Assembly: GCA_937892225.1 (NCBI GenBank)
Contig: CALAUH010000082.1
Location: 1 to 46,599, forward strand
DNA length: 46,599 bases
Reading direction: 5' to 3'
Source: an uncultured Treponema sp.
Lineage (GTDB): Bacteria > Spirochaetota > Spirochaetia > Treponematales > Treponemataceae
Below are positions 35,802 through 45,900 of this stretch, piece by piece; the stretch's first letter is position 1, and each line of letters opens with the position of its first letter. A model generated the notes under the pieces. The model was not told the DNA's origin. It saw only the letters and a program-made list of their open reading frames with translations, and did no database searches. The translations under genes and the position numbers were made by a program.

Positions 35802-38800
35802 TTATTTTCTAATAAGGAATCTGCCTTCATGAATAAAGAATAAAGGTAAACTCTTTTTAAGATATGGGAATCTTTCCTCTAATTCTGCTCTTATTTCAGC
35901 ACGTAAAGAATCATCCATTAATCGTAAATTATCAGAAATTTCTTTAGTAGTCATATTAACAACTTGATCAACTGTATTATGCTTTTGTTTTGACTTTTCT
36001 TCTTCAAGTTGTTTACGAGCTTCTGCAATATATTCTTCACGTTTATTTTTAATGTCATTCAAATCAGATTCTATCTGCTGTCTTTTAGTTGATATTTCTT
36101 CTAATTTTGAATCTACATTATTATTTTCAACACCTTGTTTATCCCAGTATAATTTTATGCCTTCGATTTTTCCATTAAGTTCTTTGATGTTTCTTTCCTG
36201 GAATTTCAAGTTATCTTTTGCACGTGTAAGATTCATTTTAGCATTTTCAAATGTATTATTAGCGTTTTCAAGTTTAGTATTTGCCATTTCAATTAAATCT
36301 TTATCATTAGCTTTTTTTGCTGTAGCAACTGTTTTTTTACATTTTTCAATTTCTGCTTTAGCATCTTCTAAACTTGCCTGTTTAGAATTAACATTATCCT
36401 GAGCATTTTTCAAGTCATTATTATAACTTTCAATATGATTACTTAATCTATCATATTGCTGTTTTGTGTCATACAGATTGTCATATCTTGCATTTTCCAT
36501 ACGTAAATTTCTTTTAAGTTCTTTTTGTTCAAACATGATTTTCATATTTGCTCTTTTTTCAGGATCTTTAATTAACTCATATTTTACTTCTTCTGGGTTA
36601 TAATCTTCAACATTAAGAGAATCGCCTTTATAACTCCACAACGCATTAAGACGTGATGATTTTTCATCGTATTTCTGATACATCATAGCATCAATAGAAT
36701 CATTCATTAATGGATAAACAATATGAGTAATACCCTGTTTATTACCTTGTCGCCAGATACGACCTTCAACCTGGATTGTTTCAGTTGGATTCCAACCTAA
36801 CATTGTGTTATAAAGAGTTGTAGCATTTCCATTAAGTGATACACCTTCTTTTATTGTTTCTGAACCGATAATAACTTTAATTTTTCCATCAGGATTATTA
36901 AAATCGTCTTTAATCTGCTCTTTCATATCAAGAGAAGTATCGCTGTTCATAAATGCAATAGAATCTTCTGGCATACCTTTAGATACAAGATAATCTTTCA
37001 TAGCCTGAAATCCATTTACCTTATCACCGTAACTAACATCTTCATCATTTGCTTTTGCTTTTTTACCTACACCACGAGGCATATATATTACCTGAGATTC
37101 GCCAGGTCTTTCTTTCCATTGTTTTACAACAGAATCACAAACAAACTGTAATTTTGGTGATTCTTTAACAACGTCATCCGGTGATGGAGGTGTAAAATTA
37201 TCATATACACTCATATAATCAGCATAGAATTTTGGATCAATTAAAGATGGTGATAAAACAGCCATACGCATATTATTCATAGCAACTAATACATCACCTG
37301 AATTCTCTTTAGATGTTGAGAACATTCCATCCATACGCATTTTTTCAACTTCCATAATCTGCTTTTGTAATGGAGTTAAGTCTAGTTCAGGCATGTGTAA
37401 TTGTTTTCTAGGTCTAATTACACCAGCTTCCTCACCATCAACTTTATCAATAAATTCTGTAATAAGATTCTGTAAAGCACCTAAGTTCTTAAAGTTTTTC
37501 ATTGTCTGAGATTCTACAGCTTCACCTTTTGCATTGATTTTGAAATCAGGTTTTAATTCTGCAAACTCTCTTAAAAAGTCTTGTAAGTTATAAATATTCA
37601 AATCCTTTAATCTATTTCTAGCACATAGAGAAAGAATATTATAAATTTCTACAGGTGAATTATTAAACGGTGTAGCACTTAATCCGAAAAATCCTCTACC
37701 ATCATTTTGTCGCTGTATCAATTGAGAGATTGCAAACATTTTCATACCACGTGAAGAAGATGCACCACTTAATCCCTGGAATTCATTAGCAAGTCTACCA
37801 TCACCATCTTCCTTAACTGTGTGTCCCCAGTAATCAGTTTTACGTTCTTTTGTAAATCTATTAGACTTTCCAATAGTTGATGGAATTGAGAAAACATTTT
37901 TGAAATTATGAAGTTCATCTACAGTAATATGGTCTATTCCTAAATCTTCCCAATATACAGCACCATCTTTAGCCGATGCTGATTTACCTAATAATTTCAT
38001 TACCCTTTCTTTTTCTTTTGCCTTTTCTCTATCAGTTCTTGTATCTTCAACTAAATTTCCATTTTCGTCATAGTCATAAATGGATTGAGAATCAAGCATA
38101 TCATCTTTTAAATCACCTTCAAGAGTTTCATCCTTAAAAGTAACTTTTTGTAAAGCTTCATAAGTACAAACGTTGATTGAATTTTCAGGAAAGTTATAAG
38201 TTCCATCAGCATTTTTATATTGTCCTATATCCTTTTCTGAGAAGTTACCAAGTTCATTTACATTAATATTAGGAAAGTGTTGATGAATTTCTTTTATCCA
38301 CTTTTTATATACAGCTTTAGGGACCATGATTAATGGTTTCTTTGCTTTTCCTGTTTCAAGCTGATTTACAGTTGCGACAATACCACAGAAAGTTTTACCA
38401 ACACCAACATCATAAGCAAGAATTCCGTTACCTTTATTACACAATTCTGAAATACCTTTAATCTGCTGGTCTGTCGGATCAAATTCTTTTTTTCCTTTAT
38501 GGGTATTCAAACCTTCTACAAATAATGGTATTTTTTTGAAATCAGGATTAACAATTGCATTAAATTGTTTATTCCATGCACTTTCAACTTTTTCTTTTTC
38601 TTCTTTAGGTAATTTACGTAAGAAATCATTAAACAATCTTTCTGCTACTTCACGTCTACTAACTTTCTTTTGGTTAGCAATCATTTTGTTAGTTTCTGCT
38701 TCTGCTTCCTTATCTTCTTTATTCCATCCTCTTGCTCTTTCTGTTTGAACCGGTTTTTGATGGATATAATCCCAAATATCTGACCATTTAAGATTATCGT

Positions 38801-41800
38801 CAAGTTCATTTTTAGATATTTTAATTCCCCAGTCTGATCCATAAGAATTAAATCCTAAATAATCAAATAAGAATTTATCAACTAAATTTTTACCTTCTTC
38901 ATCTACAAAAGTTTTACTAAAATTAGATAATGGAGATACTGTAAACTGTTCAACGGTTTTTTTAACCGGTTTTGCTGCATTTAATAAAGATTTTTTATAA
39001 TCATATTCATCTTTTGAAATATTATCTTTATTTAATTCAAGTTCATTAAGTTTATCATAAATATTACCACTAGCATAGTTTACGATATTTTCATACCCAT
39101 TTTCTGTTTTAATAAAGTTTTTATTATTCTCAATTTCTTTTTTCTCATTTTCTGATAAATCATTAAATTCTACAATACCTTCCCAGTTAGTTTTCTTCCA
39201 GAATTTCAAATCCTGTTCAGGAACTTCTTTACCAAACCGTTTAGAAAATTCGTCTGCTGTCATATTATGACCAACTGATTCAGTATATACATCACCTTTT
39301 TTTGCTTTCTTTACAGTTTCTTTTTTAATTAATTTTTCAGCATTTTTATTTCCTTTCATAGCATTAGAACGATTTTCATGTTCTTCTGCATCTGTTTCTG
39401 CTGGTAAATCAATTATTTCATTATTATCTAATCTAACTTTATAACCTATTGTTTTACCGTCTTTTTTTCTGAATCCTGTAACAACTCCATTACCTTTATC
39501 TGTTTCAACAGTTTCACCGTAAGAATAATTAGTTTTAATTTTATTAGGAATTGTTATCTTAGTTTCAATATTTTGTGTAATTTCTGCAATCTGTTTATCA
39601 ACTTCCACAGATTTTGTATCAATCATTTCAATAGCTTCTGCAACTGTTTTACCCTCAGGCAAATTAATAACAGCACTACCCCAGTTACCGTCAAAAGATT
39701 CTGTTCCAATTACATGAGAAGGATTATCTGTAAAGTATTTATTATCATTAAAATCTTCAAGTTTTCCAGGTTCTTTTCTAAGTACAATAATATCTGTTCC
39801 TACATCTGTACTAGAGAATGTTCCTTTAGGTAAACGCCATGCTTCAATTAATTTACCTTTTTTTGCTATTTCTTCTTTTGCTTTAGAATTTGCATTTCTT
39901 AAAAATCCAGATGGTACTACAAACGCCATAATTCCATCATCTTTAAGAGTTTCAAGAGTTTTATCTATAAAATAAGTTTCATATCTTTTATGGATTTTTT
40001 CATTAGAAATACCTGAATATATATCGTTATAATCCATATATGGAGGGTTGCCAACAGCAACGTCAAATTTTTCACCTTTATATTCTTTTTGTACAGAATT
40101 ATTTTTAATGAATCCCATTGTTTGTTGGAAAGCACCTTGTTTTACTTCTGCATCAGGATGTAAAAGTTTAGCTATTCTTGCCGAGGTTTTATCAAGTTCA
40201 CATAAGGTGAATTTTTCAGGTCTACCCTCTGCAAATCTTCCAGTTGCTGCCGATGGTTCTAAAACTTTTTTATCTTTATTAGGATTATACTTGTCTACAA
40301 TTTCCCATATTTTTTTAATTACATCACGTGGAGTATAAAATTCTGATAAAACGGCTGCATCTGTTTGACTTCCTTCTTTAAGTCCTCCAGCACCTTCATA
40401 ATTTTTAAGAATTTCTTTATCTGCTTCTGTAATTTCTGAATCGGGTTTTTTAAGAATTTCAAGACACTTAGCACGTATTATTTTTGCTTCTTTAACACTT
40501 AATCTGCCTGTACTAGTTCCTGTTCCTCTACTATCCCTTCCTGATCCGTTTCCTCTAAGTCCGATTCCAGATTCGCTATCATTGTATACAGATTCGCCTG
40601 AGTTACTTCCATTTTCTGACGTACTAACATTGATACCGCCATCTGTTTGATTGTTTCCGGTGAGTATCTCTCCATTAGTATCGGATAATCTATTTCGTTC
40701 AATTCCAGAGTTATTTTCTCCATTTGCAATACCTCCATTTGCATTATGTACCTGATTATTAGTTTCTGTCAAGTTTTCAGTAATACCGTATTTTCTAGCA
40801 TTTTGATTTCCTAACATGGCAATTTTATTTCCATGTTCCTGGTATAATTCATTAATAACGTGTACAACCTCAGAAAAATTAACTTGATTTACTGGAATTC
40901 CTTTTTCTTTTGCAAGTCTTTCCATAATTTTTTTCTGTGCAAACACATATCTTTCATCTTGATATATATTATCACTTAATGAATTGTCTACGGTATATTC
41001 ATCAAATAAATTGTTTAATGCATCTTGTTCTTTTAAATTAAATTTAAATTCTTCTGTAGCACTTATATTTAATGATTCAGGAAGTTCAGTTAAAATTCTT
41101 TGTAATGCTTCAATATGTCCTTTTATCTGAGCCTGTGCCTTTAAGTAATTATTTTTAACATCTTCATCTTTAATAACATCAATCATATCCTGATAAGACA
41201 TATCATCTTTATTTAATTTATCAATTTCACGTATAATTGAATTTCTACTTGGAATTTCATTATCTTTTAATTTTTGAGATAAAGAAGAATAATAATTATT
41301 TTCTACATCATCCATTATCTCATCAAGAACAGAAACAGTTATTGCCTGATTATTACCTTCTAACTGATCTTCAACATAACCGGAATTATCATAATATAAA
41401 TCAACTTCTAACTGATTAAATGGTGATTTATGAGCATCTTTTAAATCTTGTAAATCAATATATCCCCATTCAGCCATTTCAGTATCACCATTAAGAATAG
41501 CATATCCAAAAGCTTCATTGTTACCATCCCATTCAGTAATATACCATTCGCTACCACTGGCATTAAAAAGTCTTAATCCTGCTTTATGTTTTTCTTTTTC
41601 TTCATCATAAGATTTATACCAATTATTTTTTATATCTATAATTGAATCTGCAATTTCTTTAATTTTATTTTTATAAAATTCTTTTTCTTCGCCTTTTTGA
41701 GAAAGTTCTGTAATAGTTTTAAGTTCACCAATACCCATAAACTTAGGAAATCCAACTTTAACAGCATTTTCCTGTTCAGGTGTTAATTTATTTGGATCAT

Positions 41801-42755
41801 CATCTTTTACAACATCTGTATTTTCTTTTGCATATTTTACTTCTTTTGGCAACTGTCTTTTTACATAAGATTCAATCTGTTTTCTTTCTTCTTCTGTTAA
41901 TCCATTATCTTTATTAGTATTCTTATCTTCATTTAATATTTTTTTAGCATCTTCATCATTTTTATCAAATTGTCCATCCCTAAATGCCTGTAAAATTTCT
42001 TTAGATTCACCTATTTTTTTATTAGCAATTCCTAAATCTTTCATAGCATCATCTGTAATCTGTTTCATATCGCTATGAGTTTTTCCGTATTCGTATGCTT
42101 TTTTCTTTAATTGGTCATCTGTATTTTCAATTACTTCTTCAACCTTTTCTACAGTTTTTTCATCTTTTGCAATATCTTTACCTGTATACATACTCCAGAT
42201 TTTTCTCATCAATGATGGATTAGCTTTCCATTTTTTTTCTTTTTCTACACTTGTTTTAATCTCAGGTACTTTTTCAACTGGAGTTTCCATATCAGGATTG
42301 TTAATTTTTTCTGCAACCTTTTGTTTAATTGGTTTCTTAAATTTTTCCTGATTGTCTTTATTTGCAAATCTTTTATCCCAAATATTTCTATGAGAAAAAT
42401 ATTCCATTACGTGCTGATACCATGTTTTTTTATCTGCTCCGTAATCATGTTCAATATTTTGTTTTGTATATGCTGCTTCAATTTTTTTAACTTCTTCTGG
42501 ATTACCCTTAAAAAAGAATTCACCGATATTTTTAAGAATTTTATCTGCTGTATCTTTCAAAAAGTCTTTAATATAATAATATCTATAACGTGTTACAACT
42601 TTCTGCCCTTTATTATTAGTTCTAGTTTTTTCTGTTATATTTTCTCGATAAATATAACTACCACCAACCTGTTCGCCTTTTTTAGCCTTTTCAATATAAT
42701 TATCAAAAAAACTAATACCTTTTAATTCATTTGCATTGAAATAAAGTTTAGACAT
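35802..42755 (-). CDS. DarB-like giant protein: DUF2958-like domain, N6-adenine methyltransferase, SNF2/SF2 helicase, coiled coil
   Basis: WYITEWD...FG...EWGYIDL; VLEPSAATGRF and NPPY; DVGVGKT, DELH, SATP, QVEGRIWRQGN. Confidence 0.88.
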   Translation of the reverse strand: MSKLYFNANELKGISFFDNYIEKAKKGEQVGGSYIYRENITEKTRTNNKGQKVVTRYRYYYIKDFLKDTADKILKNIGEFFFKGNPEEVKKIEAAYTKQNIEHDYGADKKTWYQHVMEYFSHRNIWDKRFANKDNQEKFKKPIKQKVAEKINNPDMETPVEKVPEIKTSVEKEKKWKANPSLMRKIWSMYTGKDIAKDEKTVEKVEEVIENTDDQLKKKAYEYGKTHSDMKQITDDAMKDLGIANKKIGESKEILQAFRDGQFDKNDEDAKKILNEDKNTNKDNGLTEEERKQIESYVKRQLPKEVKYAKENTDVVKDDDPNKLTPEQENAVKVGFPKFMGIGELKTITELSQKGEEKEFYKNKIKEIADSIIDIKNNWYKSYDEEKEKHKAGLRLFNASGSEWYITEWDGNNEAFGYAILNGDTEMAEWGYIDLQDLKDAHKSPFNQLEVDLYYDNSGYVEDQLEGNNQAITVSVLDEIMDDVENNYYSSLSQKLKDNEIPSRNSIIREIDKLNKDDMSYQDMIDVIKDEDVKNNYLKAQAQIKGHIEALQRILTELPESLNISATEEFKFNLKEQDALNNLFDEYTVDNSLSDNIYQDERYVFAQKKIMERLAKEKGIPVNQVNFSEVVHVINELYQEHGNKIAMLGNQNARKYGITENLTETNNQVHNANGGIANGENNSGIERNRLSDTNGEILTGNNQTDGGINVSTSENGSNSGESVYNDSESGIGLRGNGSGRDSRGTGTSTGRLSVKEAKIIRAKCLEILKKPDSEITEADKEILKNYEGAGGLKEGSQTDAAVLSEFYTPRDVIKKIWEIVDKYNPNKDKKVLEPSAATGRFAEGRPEKFTLCELDKTSARIAKLLHPDAEVKQGAFQQTMGFIKNNSVQKEYKGEKFDVAVGNPPYMDYNDIYSGISNEKIHKRYETYFIDKTLETLKDDGIMAFVVPSGFLRNANSKAKEEIAKKGKLIEAWRLPKGTFSSTDVGTDIIVLRKEPGKLEDFNDNKYFTDNPSHVIGTESFDGNWGSAVINLPEGKTVAEAIEMIDTKSVEVDKQIAEITQNIETKITIPNKIKTNYSYGETVETDKGNGVVTGFRKKDGKTIGYKVRLDNNEIIDLPAETDAEEHENRSNAMKGNKNAEKLIKKETVKKAKKGDVYTESVGHNMTADEFSKRFGKEVPEQDLKFWKKTNWEGIVEFNDLSENEKKEIENNKNFIKTENGYENIVNYASGNIYDKLNELELNKDNISKDEYDYKKSLLNAAKPVKKTVEQFTVSPLSNFSKTFVDEEGKNLVDKFLFDYLGFNSYGSDWGIKISKNELDDNLKWSDIWDYIHQKPVQTERARGWNKEDKEAEAETNKMIANQKKVSRREVAERLFNDFLRKLPKEEKEKVESAWNKQFNAIVNPDFKKIPLFVEGLNTHKGKKEFDPTDQQIKGISELCNKGNGILAYDVGVGKTFCGIVATVNQLETGKAKKPLIMVPKAVYKKWIKEIHQHFPNINVNELGNFSEKDIGQYKNADGTYNFPENSINVCTYEALQKVTFKDETLEGDLKDDMLDSQSIYDYDENGNLVEDTRTDREKAKEKERVMKLLGKSASAKDGAVYWEDLGIDHITVDELHNFKNVFSIPSTIGKSNRFTKERKTDYWGHTVKEDGDGRLANEFQGLSGASSSRGMKMFAISQLIQRQNDGRGFFGLSATPFNNSPVEIYNILSLCARNRLKDLNIYNLQDFLREFAELKPDFKINAKGEAVESQTMKNFKNLGALQNLITEFIDKVDGEEAGVIRPRKQLHMPELDLTPLQKQIMEVEKMRMDGMFSTSKENSGDVLVAMNNMRMAVLSPSLIDPKFYADYMSVYDNFTPPSPDDVVKESPKLQFVCDSVVKQWKERPGESQVIYMPRGVGKKAKANDEDVSYGDKVNGFQAMKDYLVSKGMPEDSIAFMNSDTSLDMKEQIKDDFNNPDGKIKVIIGSETIKEGVSLNGNATTLYNTMLGWNPTETIQVEGRIWRQGNKQGITHIVYPLMNDSIDAMMYQKYDEKSSRLNALWSYKGDSLNVEDYNPEEVKYELIKDPEKRANMKIMFEQKELKRNLRMENARYDNLYDTKQQYDRLSNHIESYNNDLKNAQDNVNSKQASLEDAKAEIEKCKKTVATAKKANDKDLIEMANTKLENANNTFENAKMNLTRAKDNLKFQERNIKELNGKIEGIKLYWDKQGVENNNVDSKLEEISTKRQQIESDLNDIKNKREEYIAEARKQLEEEKSKQKHNTVDQVVNMTTKEISDNLRLMDDSLRAEIRAELEERFPYLKKSLPLFFIHEGRFLIRK
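40499..40723 (-). CDS. Candidate overprinted 74-aa acidic protein nested in the DarB-like gene
   Basis: GGAGGT 7 nt before ATG 40723; helical-looking sequence while the host frame is a G/N/S/R-rich linker. Confidence 0.5.
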   Translation of the reverse strand: MEKITLELNEIDYPILMERYSPETIKQMAVSMLVRQKMEVTQANLYTMIANLESDLEETDQEGIVEEQELVQAD

Positions 42756-42775
42756 AAAAATAAACCTCCAGGAAT

Positions 42776-42839
42776 AAAAAAAAGACAGCCACTAACTGAA
42801 AAAAATCAGTAATGACTGTCTTTATTTTTTAGACACATC
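42776..42839 (-). promoter_or_regulatory. Conserved late leader, copy 5
   Basis: GATGTGTCTAAAAAATAAAGACAGTCATTACTGATTTTTTTCAGTTAGTGGCTGTC-T8; no clear -35 box upstream. Confidence 0.82.
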
Positions 42840-42932
42840 TATATAATTAATAAGTTTTATATTTTATTAATTTATTTTATAACATAATTAGTATTTTGAA
42901 AAGTATTTTTTTCTTTATACATTTTTAATAGT

Positions 42933-45900
42933 TTAGTCTTTATCTGCATCAGGATAATATCTATACCATGATCCTCGACAATTTCCACTCCATCCACATT
43001 TACCATTTCTTTTTACAAGTAAGAAATGCCACTTTTCAAGTTCTACATCATAAACCATACCCCTATAGTTTAATTTATATGGTAAATGAAATTCTGGATG
43101 CCCTGGATTAACTTGTTTTGAATAAACTTTGTTTTTTGATTTACATATATTTATTACATAACAATCTGTATTTAATTTATATGTTCCATTTCTAAACATA
43201 ACTTCTTTACCTTTCTGTTTAGTTATATATATAGAAGGCATCCATCCAGCTTTAATAATTAACTCACATAAATCATCAGCCATTTTCTTTGATGAAGTTC
43301 TAACAACAAAAACATGAGATTTTTTTATTCCTAATGAATTATTCTTAATGTTTTCTCTATTTCTTTTTGAACCATCACCTAAATTAAATGAATACAAAAA
43401 ATCTCTAATAACATCTGAATTTGAGTTTTTAATAAAATCAGGAATATATTTATCTGCTGCATAAATACCAAACATCTGTTCAAATTTTTTTGCAATTTCT
43501 CCAGTAAAATATAAAGCTTCTTTACCTATACAAACAACATCTTTAAATTCAGGAATATCATTAAGAATTTTATTTACATTTTTCTGAGCAAGTTTTATTT
43601 CATAAGCATTATTACTTTTTTTTCTTCCACTTCCTTCTGATAAATACCATGCCCATAATTTTATATATTGTTTATATGAATAATCTATATTACCAATTTT
43701 AATAGTTTCAGGGTTAGAAGCCTTCCAAATTCCTTGTGATCTAGGTATTTGAAAAACCATTTTATTTAATAAATCTTCTGCTTTAATACCATGCCATTTT
43801 TTACTTTTTCTTTCTTCAATTAACATATTATGATTAGGTGTTACTAATAAATCGAAATTTCTACCTGGAAAACTAATCATTTCACCATCATATTGATATG
43901 AAATTTTATTTATAAATGGTAAAAAGTCTACTTCATGTGTATCAGGATTTATTGACATAATTAAATCATCATCTAAAACATCTTTAAATAATTTCCAGCC
44001 ATTGTTAGTCATTACTTCTGTATCATCTGAATAACAATAAGGATGCATAACGCCGTTAGGTATATCGCCGCTATCTTTACCATCCCATATAGCATATTTT
44101 GCGTATTTATCATTTATCTTTTCGTCTGGTAATGGAATATCACTCCATAAGACAACTGTATCTTTGATTTTCTTACACTTTTTACAGGTATTATCATCAA
44201 GAATTTCAAACCTTTTGAAATATACCTTTTCACCTTCCTTTGCATTGTAAACTTCTTCTTTCAGATAAGCATTATTTACGCTATTTTGAATTTCTGTATC
44301 TGCAATTTTTTGAAAATCTCTGTTTAATCCGACACATTTATCGAATAAATTTTGAGATACTTTTGATTTACTTTCTTTATTTTTTATACCGTCAATAATT
44401 ATCTGCTGTATATCATTTCTCATATTATCAGTTACTTTAGTAACTTTTTGAGCAGCACTATCTACGGCAATCTGAATTCTTGCAGCACGTTCACGATTAA
44501 TTGTTTCTCCAAATACATCTTGCATATTTTTAATATCTTCACTTATCCAGTCTAAAGTTTTATTTTCTGTTTTAATTTCTGCAAGAGGTAATTTTGTTAA
44601 TTTTGCCATCGGCATTTTTTTAGACAACCTTTCAAGAATTCTACCTAAACTATCACCTTTTAAGACAATTTTTTTTCCAATTCCTTTATAATTACGATTC
44701 AAAAAATCTTCCAATGCTTTTACAAAATTATTCCAGTCTTTTTTATCTATAGGTTTTCCAGTTTCACTGTTATAAACAATTTTACCCTTATATGTTAAAT
44801 ATGCTTTACTTAATATTCTTATTTCAGGTAAATCAAAATAATTAATAACAAATTCATAAACACTATTAGTAATTTTAGTTATTTCGTTAACAATGTTATT
44901 TGTTAATTCTTCCTGAGCCTTATATTTGAAAGCTTCACCAAAATTAGAAGATTCTAAATCTGCATCAAGACTAAAAGCAAGTTTATGTACAGCCTTTTCA
45001 ATTTTGCTTTTATCAAAATCGGTTATTCTTAAAGTTATATCACCGTATTTTTTTGAACCGTCATTATCAGGAATATGTTTAATAACAAACGGTTTATTAA
45101 AATAAGTTGCATTTAATGATTTTTGCAACTGTTCAATTTTCTTATTTTTATTTGCTTCTGTAATATCTGTTATCTTTACGTCAAAAGATTTATGTATCTT
45201 TTTTCCTTGTTTAGAAAAAACAAAAGACTTAAATTCATCAATATTCATAGTTTCCATACTCCCAAAAAATCCAGGTCTATCGTATTGTTTCATATATGCT
45301 TTTTTAGCTTCGTTAGAATTTGAAAAACACAGCATACACTTATCTTCATCGTATTTATGAGTTACCGGATTATTTTGATGAATAATATAAACTTTAGTTG
45401 CTTTTTTATCTGGTCCGATATAACAATCAACGTGATCCGAATCAGTACCTATAGTTCCACGTATATATCCGTAATCATAGTGCATTAATGTTTTCCACTT
45501 ATGTCCATCTGAATCAACACCTTTTCTATAACTTCCTTTTTTGTTTTCAATGGAAATATCCATACCATAAAGTTTAGTTCTACCTTGTAATTTATATCCT
45601 GAAAAAGTTAGTGATTTATTAATTTTACTTGACATATTCTGTGAATATGATATTATTGAATTGCGGTTAGGAAACGGTTTTTCTGAATACGCCCTTTGTT
45701 CAGCCGAGAATTGAACATTTTTAGATGGATTCTTTAAGGAAACAGAGCCTTTGTTGTGAAGATACTCCCTTAAAACTTCCATCTTTTTTTTATCTTCATA
45801 CAACATTTCTTTTGAATCAATAAATGTTAAACAGTTTTCAATTCTTTTATCATGAAAACTTCTTAAAGAATTTACTGTAATACAATTGCCAATATTTTTA

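Noticed and set aside
6875..45323. Numerous short antisense or alternate-frame ORFs within structural genes (e.g. 8216-8467, 8746-9087, 36052-36402, 42321-42725)
   Set aside because: No RBS noticed and their composition is what shadow frames of AT-rich genes produce; only 40499-40723 has independent support
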